Virus record (IMG/VR): IMGVR_UViG_3300021255_001366
Coordinates: 59,920-123,919 of that record
Length of the DNA stretch: 64,000 bases
DNA from: a virus
Taxonomy: Duplodnaviria; Caudoviricetes
Reading direction: 5' to 3' (one strand)
Both the position numbers and the translations under genes were made by a program. Every line of letters begins with the position of its first letter. Within the stretch, counting starts at the first letter, position 1. Positions 31,264 to 40,508 of this stretch are shown piece by piece. The notes beneath the pieces are model-generated. The model was not told the DNA's origin and made no database searches. It saw only the letters and a list, made by a program, of their open reading frames with translations.

Positions 31264-31396
31264 TATATAGAACACATCGGCTCATTACCCCTGTACACTG
31301 GGAACACAACCGACCACTTACGGATAATACATGTATTATCCTTTTCGCAGGCTCTCGTTCTATTTGCGCTAAGCATGATTTAATGTGTTTGCCCAT

Positions 31397-31465
31397 TGAA
31401 AATGTAGGATTCGAACCTCGCCCCTACAGCCCAAGTGTAGTGTGCTACCATTACACCACATTCTC
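31397..31465 (-). tRNA. tRNA-Pro(TGG)-like
   Basis: Acceptor gagaatg/cattttc, D-arm tggtgtaatggtagcac, anticodon arm ctaca-ctTGGgc-tgtag, T-loop ggttcgaatcc; no encoded CCA. Confidence 0.7.
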
Positions 31466-31761
31466 AAAAAAACAGCATGGGATTATCTAGTACTCCCACG
31501 CCATGTACACTAACTAGAATCCGCCCCCTCTCTACCTTTAGGGAGGCAGCTATTGTCATAAGATTGTTGCCAATAAATGGTGTTGTTTTTTTCTTAGCTT
31601 TGGCTAAAGATTTGCTTCCAAATTCTTCATACCATTCTGGCGAATCCTTTGGAAAAACATTCTGCTAAAAATCTATAACATCACTTTTAGTCATCACTCC
31701 GGAGTTACACCGAATTAACCATGATTATGAACCACAGTAAGATACCCAACCTCCCGCCAGC

Positions 31762-31795
31762 TAAAAAAAAGAGGGCGGGGATATACCCCGCCCTG
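31762..31795 (-). terminator. Intrinsic terminator
   Basis: agggcgggg/ccccgccct stem plus an A8 run. Confidence 0.75.
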
Positions 31796-31814
31796 CTCAA
31801 ATAGGAGGGCGATC

Positions 31815-32999
31815 CTATGAGAGATCAACCGGATAACAAGCCTTTACACCATTATCATCAACGATGCAAACCATTTGTGAAGGATGTCCACAAATGCGCT
31901 TTGAAACAGTATAGTCATCGTTAGTATCAGAAAATGTGCCACTGCGAACAATCTTTACTCCTGCAATGTCGTCATAAGAGCAGTGGTGTAAATGCCCATA
32001 AAAAACAGCGGTAGGCTTATAGCCAAGTAACATAACAAGCTTGCTAACCCCCGCCTCTGAATATTTATCAAAATCTCCGTGCACAAGACAATACTTGCAT
32101 CCACGGATTTCTACCATGCCAATTGTAGGATCTATTTCGTTGTCAATAATTCGGATGTTTTGGACGTGAGACAATTTAGCCTTCATATACCAAGGGATTA
32201 AATCGTCTAATCGTTCCGCACGAAGAACGTCGTCTTTTAAACCAATCCTAGAGTGATTACCTCCAACGCTTGCAACGGTTACATTGCTAAAGTTCTTCGA
32301 CAATTCGTATACAAACGCAGACAGTAATTCAGAAACCTTTTGTACTTGTTGAACTGCGTTTTCACGGTTCTCAAGTTGTACGGAGTGATGTATGTTACCG
32401 GAAATCAAATCGCCTAATAAAAACACATAAACATTCTCGCATCCGCCACCAATATCAACAACTTCATTTAAGTACTTTTCTAATCTATCTTTAACAATAT
32501 CCGAGTTGTATGTACCAAATGTATTCTTAATATCTAATCCAAGATGAATGTCTGAGACGCACACAATCATATCCTTTGAAGACTTCTTGCGAATGGGAGA
32601 GTAGTTGTTAAACTGAACACGACCACTTTCACGTAAAGCGGCCTCAAACATCGCAAGATTTTCTTCGGCTCTTGCAGCTTCGCGACACTTCTTATTGATA
32701 GCCGTACGTTCATCTGATAACTTTTGTTTTTCTCTCTTTATTTCAAGAAGTCTATCTGCAATTTCATCATTACCAACTGGACGGTTCTTTTTCATCCATT
32801 CATATACTGCAAACCCGCCAAACAGAGTGCCTGAACTTTTCCGCAACACATCTTTATTCCAAGGAAGATTGTATTTATCTTTAATCTCGTCCCATTCAAG
32901 ATCTTGAAATCCATTCAATTTGTCTGAGATATCATCTAAGCAATTCTGATATTGTTCTTCTGTTAATCCCAACTTTTCAAGTTCTGCTTGAAAATTCAA
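31815..32999 (-). CDS. Calcineurin-like metallophosphoesterase with an N-terminal helical domain
   Basis: SDIHLG, GDLISG, GGNHSR, HGD and GHLHH motifs. Confidence 0.85.
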   Translation of the reverse strand: MNFQAELEKLGLTEEQYQNCLDDISDKLNGFQDLEWDEIKDKYNLPWNKDVLRKSSGTLFGGFAVYEWMKKNRPVGNDEIADRLLEIKREKQKLSDERTAINKKCREAARAEENLAMFEAALRESGRVQFNNYSPIRKKSSKDMIVCVSDIHLGLDIKNTFGTYNSDIVKDRLEKYLNEVVDIGGGCENVYVFLLGDLISGNIHHSVQLENRENAVQQVQKVSELLSAFVYELSKNFSNVTVASVGGNHSRIGLKDDVLRAERLDDLIPWYMKAKLSHVQNIRIIDNEIDPTIGMVEIRGCKYCLVHGDFDKYSEAGVSKLVMLLGYKPTAVFYGHLHHCSYDDIAGVKIVRSGTFSDTNDDYTVSKRICGHPSQMVCIVDDNGVKACYPVDLS

Positions 33000-33194
33000 T
33001 TACTTCACCACCTTAATATCTATGTCAGACTTAGCACTAGCAGATATAGTAAAGGTTGCACCTTCTCCAAATAGTCTATGGAGAAGCTCGATGATGTTAA
33101 CTTCGTGCTGATCATCATCAAGAATTCTATTACCATCAAGATATACGTCCTTGATTTTTAAGGAACGGCTTGTAATTTCATTCGCTTTAATCAT
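33000..33194 (-). CDS. Small hypothetical protein
   Basis: RBS present; abuts the phosphoesterase gene. Confidence 0.55.
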   Translation of the reverse strand: MIKANEITSRSLKIKDVYLDGNRILDDDQHEVNIIELLHRLFGEGATFTISASAKSDIDIKVVK

Positions 33195-33553
33195 ATCCGT
33201 TTAATCCTTTCTGTAAAAATGATTACCTACCCCTAACCACTAAATACCACACCCTAATCGGGCAAGACTACGGAATAACACTCCGCCAAAATACCACCTC
33301 GGTAATCTATCTATCTGTCTTCTGTTTATCTAAAAGTTTAAATACCTTCGGACACTCCCTAGCATAGTAGTGTCTTCTATGAATGGTTGCCATAATGTCA
33401 TAGTGCCAATAACAACCATGTTTTGATAAATAATCCGCTTGTTTCTTAGTGATTTCTATCACGTATATTTCACTTCTTTCTTTGTTATATTTTTTAGAAA
33501 ACAAGTGGCGATACCTCTAGGACAGAAGTACCGCCACTTGATAGAACGCTATT

Positions 33554-33835
33554 TTAGCGTAAAGCGTCTTTGTATTTTGTACCAAACTTTGCCTTCGGCT
33601 TATGATGAGGTGCTACAATGACCGCATCTCCGGTTCTAGGATTACGCTTCTTTGTCTCTGGTACGTATGTAGCAGTCAACGTCACGCCAGGGAACACAAT
33701 AACTGCGTCGTCATTCTTGATAATATCAAGCGCAACATCAGATGCAGCCTCAAGCACAGCCTTGATATCTTTCTGCGCATAACCAGTTTCCTTTGAGATA
33801 AGCTTCACAAAGTTTGCGTTATTAATCTTTTCCAT
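33554..33835 (-). CDS. HU/IHF-like histone-like DNA-binding protein
   Basis: FVKLISKETG...RNPRTGDAVIVAPHHKPKAKFGTKYKDAL. Confidence 0.85.
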   Translation of the reverse strand: MEKINNANFVKLISKETGYAQKDIKAVLEAASDVALDIIKNDDAVIVFPGVTLTATYVPETKKRNPRTGDAVIVAPHHKPKAKFGTKYKDALR

Positions 33836-33851
33836 TTTAATTTTACTCCTT

Positions 33852-34151
33852 TTAATCTTCAAAAATCGTTTGTGCTATCTTAGCACCATCAGCATCTAGT
33901 AATCGTGTAACAGGAGAATACATCTTCTTTGTTTCTCCATCCTTAGTTGTAACAGTACGTTCCCTACCCTTACATTTCTCGTTCTTGCACACAAGTACAT
34001 TAGTTCCTGAAATGTAGGTGAGTGGTTGCTTGCACACCGGACAAACACCACCAAACTTCTCGCGCTGTTTCTTTAACTTGTTCTCATCCTTGGTGCGAAG
34101 AGTAACAGGGTCTAATCCAAAATACGTCTTCGCGAAATCATTAATCGTCAT
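33852..34151 (-). CDS. Zn-ribbon hypothetical protein
   Basis: CPVC...CKNEKC. Confidence 0.55.
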   Translation of the reverse strand: MTINDFAKTYFGLDPVTLRTKDENKLKKQREKFGGVCPVCKQPLTYISGTNVLVCKNEKCKGRERTVTTKDGETKKMYSPVTRLLDADGAKIAQTIFED

Positions 34152-34386
34152 TCGATTTCATCCTTTCATGCTGTAACAGCTTAGTAGTCGGCACAAACAT
34201 TATATGGCCGCCAGTTTGATTCAATGTACCAAGTTTCGGAATATAGAAACTACCATCTTTAAATAACGCTAGTATTAATTCGTCAGTAAATGACCCTATG
34301 ATGTTCTTTACCCGATTCGTCGGTACTTGATATTGCTTTGATAACTTTTCAGCTATCGCATCCATTTTTGTTTTATTCCAACCCAT
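34141..34386 (-). CDS. Divergent HU-like protein
   Basis: IAEKLS...ILALFKDGSFYIPKLGTL...FVPTTKL resembles the HU fold without the arm. Confidence 0.45.
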   Translation of the reverse strand: MGWNKTKMDAIAEKLSKQYQVPTNRVKNIIGSFTDELILALFKDGSFYIPKLGTLNQTGGHIMFVPTTKLLQHERMKSNDD

Positions 34387-34490
34387 ATTTCCCCCACTTT
34401 CTCATCATTATCGGCATACGCCATTTCGGAATCTTTGAAAAAACCTTTTATAAAATAAGGAATTTTTTCTTTGATTCCGAAATAACTCTT

Positions 34491-37094
34491 CTAGGTGTTC
34501 CCTTTTTTGAAGCACTGCAACAAACATTTAGGGTTTAAATCGTATAACGTCTTGAGTAAAATCGCTCTGTTTTGACTCAATCGTGTTTGCAACTGTTCAC
34601 GGTTCTGCTTAATACTTGGAGTAATAGCAAAGGCTCTATTGATCAGCCATGACATTAATCCAACATAATTCTTCGATAACGTTATTCCTCTTAGTGCATG
34701 AATCAAATCGTCATAGTCGGAGCGAAGTAGTAGATACTCATCGTTGTTATGCTCCTTATTCATGTCGTAAATCATCAGTTCTTTAATAAACGCCTCGATG
34801 AAAGCTTCAACCTTCTTCGATGTCTTACGAGGTGTTTCATTTGTGTGGTTAATAAAAAACTCCTTAATATCTATAATGTCACGATTGGACAGTTGTTTGT
34901 TCTTCATTGCATATACGGAATTCATAGGACACACAATGTTAGGATTGACCTTGCTCCGTTTACTAGGATTTACCCCGGCAAAGAATGCTGGATAACCAAG
35001 AGACTTAATGTTCATTTCTTGTTTGATACGTTGAATCTCGGAGTGGATGTCAACATCAAAACTCCTTTTCGCATTGTCAATAGCACATTGAGCCAGAACT
35101 GCCAAAATGGCAACGTGATCTTCAAAACTTCTTCCGAAATCATTGTATGTATAACTCAATCCTATCTGCGCAACATTAGACGATTCACCTATATCTAATT
35201 GTGCGGCGGATAATTTATTGTCTACGATGGAGAAGTCTTTCAAAGTATTGTCATAAACATTCTTCTCCTTTGGAATATTATTAACAATCGTCTTATAATT
35301 GTTATAACAATGCTTTGCATGTTCAACTATTTCTATTTGATTGGTTACGTAAAAACTGTCAGAATCCTGATCTGATCCATTGTTAAGATCCTGTACATCC
35401 GTACCAATCATGTTAACTGCTAATATTTGTTTCCCGAAGTTAAAATACTTATCCCAGTAAGTATGATATTTGTTATGCATATACCCTAATGAATTACGAC
35501 TATTAAATGGACTTCTGAACTCCGCTAAATACTCTCCATCATCAAATCTTGCCGTCCAACACTGTATGCATCCATCCTCGTGTTCAAACGTCGGATCTTT
35601 CAGAGCATCTTCGCCAACTGCATGCATTAACATGCCGTAAGGATTACCAACAATAACAAGATTGTCGCCGTTCTGTAAGATGTGACCTTGTTTCACATCT
35701 GCAACATAAGCGGCTATCTTGCGGTTGCGTCGTTCCACGAAGTAATCACATTTCACAAACTCCGGATCTTGTTCGCACAATGCAAGCAGCACATCGTTGT
35801 CATTACTGAAGTTACTTGTCCTTCGCAAGAAGTCAAAATACACACCATCATCTGTCTTGAGCTGATAAATATAATCCTTGGTAGGAGAGAGTACATCCTC
35901 GATTGTATTGATATCCAAAGCGTTCACCATCTGATAACTCATTCGTTGCTTTGAACCATACTTACTTTCATGAGCAGTTTTAACAATACCGAAGTATGCG
36001 CCATTATCCCAAACCTTCTGACACCAGTATTCATAGGCAACGTCAAACTTTACCCACTTGATAGCGTTCTCTGTTGTTATCATCTTTACTTCTTTAGCTA
36101 AATGTTTATTTCCCCACATATCGGTAACAGTAGCAGTTTCATACTTGTCTCCAAAATAATCCTTAAAGTATTGTTGTATTCTTGTGCAAAAGGCAGCAGC
36201 TTTAAAGAAATGTTGCCGAAGTAACACATAGCCATTACCCCAAGACGGAAAGATGCTTTCGTCAATCAACGCTTGTCCATCAAACAAAACATTCTTCACT
36301 TTATAATTGTCTATGTGCTTTACATAGCACTGTTTGTTTTCATCGGTTTCAACGCTCAACACATTAGTAGTAAAGAATGAATCAACGTCTTTAACAACAA
36401 GCACTTGCTCCGGCGGTATGTGTATTCGACCCTCTATTGTACTTGTTACGAGAGAAGAGTAAGCACCAATCTCTACAATCGGAGCATTCTTCTCCGGTAT
36501 TTCCAATCCCATCCATAAGAAGTCGTGTGCTTTATCATATAGTTCCTCTCGAATAAACATACACTTGCCAGCCTTGGCTTTACCGGGTGTTCGGTATAAC
36601 ATCTTATAATGGACTACATCGTATCCATTAACTTTCTTGTCCTTACCGAACTTCGGATACTTGATATCAATACCATTGATATAGAAATGCTCTCGCAGTT
36701 TCTTACGACTGATACGCTTATACTTATCCTTATTCTCGTCTACTTGCTGATACCGCCTTTCAATCCATTGTTTTGTTTTGGTTGTCTTTTCAATCTGTGA
36801 CTGAATCCCAGAACCCTTTGCCTTCTTTCTATCAACACGGTTCTGTTGTGATATCTTTTTCAACCTCCCCTTCTCAAGATCATAAGACGTAGATCCATAA
36901 GAGAAGTTCACGCAGATGACGTCGCGTGTAAAATCATTCTTCGTAACACGAAGCCCATTGTCCTTGAGAAAATCCAAAAACAAACTGTTCGTTAACATGG
37001 CGGGTGTTGTGTCATAAAACTCCCGCACTCCAAGATTAACATCATAGATACTACCAGCCTCATAGTTGTTAATCTTAAAACCGTACTGTGACAT
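34491..37094 (-). CDS. YonO-like single-subunit RNA polymerase (RdRP-like, double-psi barrel)
   Basis: About 870 aa with DGQALID, LLRQHFFKAA, FRSP, metal-binding GSDQDSD (DxDxD) and AIDNAK; upstream of HU and the late operon as in SPbeta. Confidence 0.8.
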   Translation of the reverse strand: MSQYGFKINNYEAGSIYDVNLGVREFYDTTPAMLTNSLFLDFLKDNGLRVTKNDFTRDVICVNFSYGSTSYDLEKGRLKKISQQNRVDRKKAKGSGIQSQIEKTTKTKQWIERRYQQVDENKDKYKRISRKKLREHFYINGIDIKYPKFGKDKKVNGYDVVHYKMLYRTPGKAKAGKCMFIREELYDKAHDFLWMGLEIPEKNAPIVEIGAYSSLVTSTIEGRIHIPPEQVLVVKDVDSFFTTNVLSVETDENKQCYVKHIDNYKVKNVLFDGQALIDESIFPSWGNGYVLLRQHFFKAAAFCTRIQQYFKDYFGDKYETATVTDMWGNKHLAKEVKMITTENAIKWVKFDVAYEYWCQKVWDNGAYFGIVKTAHESKYGSKQRMSYQMVNALDINTIEDVLSPTKDYIYQLKTDDGVYFDFLRRTSNFSNDNDVLLALCEQDPEFVKCDYFVERRNRKIAAYVADVKQGHILQNGDNLVIVGNPYGMLMHAVGEDALKDPTFEHEDGCIQCWTARFDDGEYLAEFRSPFNSRNSLGYMHNKYHTYWDKYFNFGKQILAVNMIGTDVQDLNNGSDQDSDSFYVTNQIEIVEHAKHCYNNYKTIVNNIPKEKNVYDNTLKDFSIVDNKLSAAQLDIGESSNVAQIGLSYTYNDFGRSFEDHVAILAVLAQCAIDNAKRSFDVDIHSEIQRIKQEMNIKSLGYPAFFAGVNPSKRSKVNPNIVCPMNSVYAMKNKQLSNRDIIDIKEFFINHTNETPRKTSKKVEAFIEAFIKELMIYDMNKEHNNDEYLLLRSDYDDLIHALRGITLSKNYVGLMSWLINRAFAITPSIKQNREQLQTRLSQNRAILLKTLYDLNPKCLLQCFKKGNT

Positions 37095-37111
37095 AACAAC
37101 TTTACTCCTTC

Positions 37112-37462
37112 CTACTTGATTAACTTCCATTCCCCAGGAAGCGTTTCTATCATAAGACCATAGCAACACAGCCGTAAATCTGCATCAATAGAAGCGAAGT
37201 AGTCAAGGTTTAAATCCTCAATGCCATATACATCCATGGTCTCTTCTTCAGGATTTATCACAGCTGCCGACATGCTGTTATCAAAATGGATCATGAAAAC
37301 AGCACTGTTACGGCAACTGCAAGCATCAAGTACTCCTTGCGCAAACAGATAGACGTCGTCGGGATCTTCGAACTCTATCTTGTTTGACCTTACTTCCGAA
37401 AACAGACTGCGGTAACGGTTAAGCCCGTATGTCGCATAGTCTTCGATACGAATCTTAAACAT
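37112..37462 (-). CDS. Hypothetical protein
   Basis: ORF from MFKIRIED in the same operon. Confidence 0.5.
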   Translation of the reverse strand: MFKIRIEDYATYGLNRYRSLFSEVRSNKIEFEDPDDVYLFAQGVLDACSCRNSAVFMIHFDNSMSAAVINPEEETMDVYGIEDLNLDYFASIDADLRLCCYGLMIETLPGEWKLIK

Positions 37463-37698
37463 TAAATACCCCCTATGTACACGCCACCACCAAGATACCA
37501 TTCGTCTTCGTGAGGGTCATACGCCAACTCTTTAGTTGGAGCATACATGATATCATGGTTTCCGGACAAGATGTTCACGGCATCACCATCAATGGTAATA
37601 GAGAAGTCCTTGTAAACGTGTTTTTCTCTGTTGACTGCACCCTCCGCAAAAACGTAGATACAGTCTTGATCTTCGAGCCAATCAAAGAATCTTTGCAT
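37462..37698 (-). CDS. Hypothetical protein
   Basis: RBS ggagg, 78 aa. Confidence 0.55.
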   Translation of the reverse strand: MQRFFDWLEDQDCIYVFAEGAVNREKHVYKDFSITIDGDAVNILSGNHDIMYAPTKELAYDPHEDEWYLGGGVYIGGI

Positions 37699-37750
37699 CC
37701 AAATACCTCCATTTGTTAAAATGTTACAATAAATATTATGAAAATTTGGG

Positions 37751-37780
37751 TAGACATACCCCTTGACAGTGATATATAAT
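37751..37780 (+). promoter_or_regulatory. Sigma-A-like promoter
   Basis: TAGACA-N18-TATAAT. Confidence 0.45.
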
Positions 37781-37829
37781 CAGAAGTGCCAGGTGGTACG
37801 TATGTATTGTATGGCAAATAGCATTTGGC

Positions 37830-37868
37830 AAAAGGGCTGCGGCTTTCCTAGGGCAAGCAGCTCTTTTA
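37830..37868. terminator. Bidirectional intrinsic terminator
   Basis: aaaagggctgc...gcagctctttt. Confidence 0.65.
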
Positions 37869-38127
37869 TTTGTTTACATCTTATATCCGAATCTTACAGA
37901 TGTCAATGAGGTTTGATAGGTTTTGATAATTTGTATATTTGCCAATCCATAAACCTCGAAACTTCATACGTGACATTATGCAATCTGCACAATTCGAACG
38001 GCTGTTCTATAATTATATTAGCATCTACATCTTCAGATTTCAACCACTTTTTATAGTTAAATCTCTTACTCATCAACAATATATAGTATACAATAAATCA
38101 CAAGGTTTTAAACAACGAACCATATAA

Positions 38128-38424
38128 TTATGACTCGGCGGTAAGCGCCTTATACAAATCCTCAGGTGTTTCAATTCGAAGTTCATTATCATTTACTGTT
38201 ACTGTGAAGCCTTCGAAGCATGCTTCATAACAATAGTACGAAATCCATCCGTTCGTATCTTTCATTACGATAGTTAATACGTCTAATAAGGCTTGGCAAC
38301 AATCTGGTTTGTCGACGTAGAAGTATGGGAGATTGTACTTCTCCCGGATATTATGAATGTCTTCGTCAAAGTCCCAGTTGTTTTTTAGTGCGTTGATAGC
38401 ACTAATGAATAACTCGAGTGTCAT
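38128..38424 (-). CDS. Hypothetical phage protein
   Basis: WISYYCYE...IETPEDLYKAL; overlaps the stop of the rep-like gene. Confidence 0.6.
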   Translation of the reverse strand: MTLELFISAINALKNNWDFDEDIHNIREKYNLPYFYVDKPDCCQALLDVLTIVMKDTNGWISYYCYEACFEGFTVTVNDNELRIETPEDLYKALTAES

Positions 38425-39308
38425 TGGTTTTTCCTCCTTTTTAAATCGAATAAGTTAAATGCAAACTGAAGATCATCATTTCTAGATCCCATATATAGTA
38501 TATACGGATTTATGATATAGCCAACAGTTTTATTATCTTCGACAACACTACGGAATAATGGTAACCCATTAATCTTGAAAGAACCAAGTGAGTTCTTAAA
38601 AGTTGTTCTAGACGTGTTACTTCTGCCACATATTTTACATATCTCGCTCATATGTAATGGTTGCAGTTTTTTAAAATCGCGTTCTGCAACAGTATCTTTT
38701 GTACATATCACATTATTGTATTTATTTATGTATTCTAATAATGGTACTATTTCTCCTAGCATGGCGTGATGTCTTGGAGTTGATATGTCATATAATTCAC
38801 GTATTCCGTTGTCAAACATACGAGATGAACTGCCCTTAAACTGTTCTGGCATCTGAAAGTTACGTATATAATAATAAAGGTTGGCGACATAACAATCTTG
38901 ATTTTCTATTAGAAGACCAAGTTCAATCATGCGGCTTATTTCACTTGACGCTAATTTACGATCCATTCTTAATATTCGAACTATGTCTTTATGTTTCATT
39001 GGTTTATCTCTATAAAAAAGTTTCCCAATATCATTAGCATAGGTACATATATACAAATACCTGAATGCAAGAGCGGTGTCTCCGTCTATTTTTTCTATGA
39101 GCCGTTTATAGTGTAAAAAGTAAAACTCACCAAGAATGTTTTCTACTTCTAGGTGCAGCTTTTGTTTTTCTTCTTGATGGCGGAAATAATCTCTGCGTCG
39201 TTTTCGTTCAGCATCTTGCTTCTCAACCATTTCTCTTGTGTAAATTTTAACATCTGCATCATTTTGGATTTCTCCGGTAGATAAATCTACTGCAATTAAC
39301 TTCTTCAT
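38421..39308 (-). CDS. Putative replication initiator (RepL-like, tandem winged helix)
   Basis: N-terminal VDLSTGEI, two HTH-like segments, YVANLYY and YIINPYILYMG motifs; iteron-like repeats upstream. Confidence 0.5.
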   Translation of the reverse strand: MKKLIAVDLSTGEIQNDADVKIYTREMVEKQDAERKRRRDYFRHQEEKQKLHLEVENILGEFYFLHYKRLIEKIDGDTALAFRYLYICTYANDIGKLFYRDKPMKHKDIVRILRMDRKLASSEISRMIELGLLIENQDCYVANLYYYIRNFQMPEQFKGSSSRMFDNGIRELYDISTPRHHAMLGEIVPLLEYINKYNNVICTKDTVAERDFKKLQPLHMSEICKICGRSNTSRTTFKNSLGSFKINGLPLFRSVVEDNKTVGYIINPYILYMGSRNDDLQFAFNLFDLKRRKNQ

Positions 39309-39342
39309 TTTTACTCCTTTCTTATGTTAATCGAACATATGT

Positions 39343-39396
39343 GTGATATCTAAAACCCCCAAAAATCGGCTTAGGTGGTATCTAAAACCCCCAAAA
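39343..39396. repeat. Two 22-bp direct repeats (iteron-like)
   Basis: gtgatatctaaaacccccaaaa at 39343 and gtggtatctaaaacccccaaaa at 39375; one mismatch, 32-bp period. Confidence 0.8.
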
Positions 39397-40002
39397 TTGA
39401 TTTTTTGCGATGTTCATTTTTCCTTTTCGTTAAAAGGGAAAAATAGGATTTTCGACATCGCTCCCCTTATGTATATGTAGTATGGCTCTGGAGATGAGTT
39501 AGAATATCGCCCCCCCTATATTAATACTACGCTATAGTTAATACTTGGTCTTATCGTTAAAACGGGAGGATACGTTCACTGTAGCTAATGATACTGGATT
39601 TTGCATTATAAGTCAATAACATTTTTATCACTTGCCACATGACCGGAGGTCAGTGGCATCGTCACCGCCGATCAAAGATCGGTGTGACGAAATGGGTATT
39701 ACGATATGACTGCCGAGTTATGGATAGTCTTTAGTTTTATTACATATAAAGGGGGATAGAGGACGAGATTTTATGGTGGTGTGTTGGTGAAACACCTCAA
39801 CAAAATCCGCTAACCAGGCGGGTTTCAAGCGTTTTTTATAGCCGGCAGTAAAGGTGGATAAAATGTGCATTTTTCACACCGCACAATCCAAAAGCCGATT
39901 TGCAAAAAAAATTTTTGTGTTTTAAATTTGGCACAAGGTCAAGTCAGATTGACCGAACACACATATCGCACCGCCCCACGTAGGGCATGAAAGGAGTAGC
40001 TT

Positions 40003-40467
40003 ATGAAAGCACAGAACACACACACACTCACGATTAATGGCAAGAACTATGCCCTCACGAACGAGGGCGCACACCTCGTAGAGGTGCTTCTCGCAACCCT
40101 CGGATCCGCACCCGTATCCGAGCCTACGCCCAAGGCTCATACTGCGGTCGCTCAGCCTACGGCTGAGAAACTGCCCTTCAAGAAGGCGGATGGCACGGTC
40201 ATCTACGGCACTGCGAAGCAGATTGCGAATTGGACACGCTACCGTGAGCACGGGGACAAGCGCACGGACGAGCAGAAGGCTCTCGGTGAAGTAATCAAGG
40301 CGAATAAGGCGAAGGAACCCGAGCGCACCCGAGCACTCGAGAAGGCTCTCGGCTTGAAGCCGAACACCCTCAAGAACACCGCTTGCACAGCGGATGAGTG
40401 CAGAGCACTCGGATGGAAGGGTACACGCAAGGAGCTGAAGGCTATCAAGGCTAAGATCCGCGCCTAA
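40003..40467 (+). CDS. First early gene; basic K/A/T-rich hypothetical protein
   Basis: RBS aaaggag, GC3-rich codons, followed by a terminator. Confidence 0.75.
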   Translation: MKAQNTHTLTINGKNYALTNEGAHLVEVLLATLGSAPVSEPTPKAHTAVAQPTAEKLPFKKADGTVIYGTAKQIANWTRYREHGDKRTDEQKALGEVIKANKAKEPERTRALEKALGLKPNTLKNTACTADECRALGWKGTRKELKAIKAKIRA

Positions 40468-40476
40468 CACACGCAA

Positions 40477-40508
40477 GGGGGCATCCGCAAGGATGTCCCC
40501 GGTTTTTT
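40477..40508 (+). terminator. Intrinsic terminator
   Basis: gggggcatcc-gcaa-ggatgtcccc hairpin followed by a T run. Confidence 0.75.
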
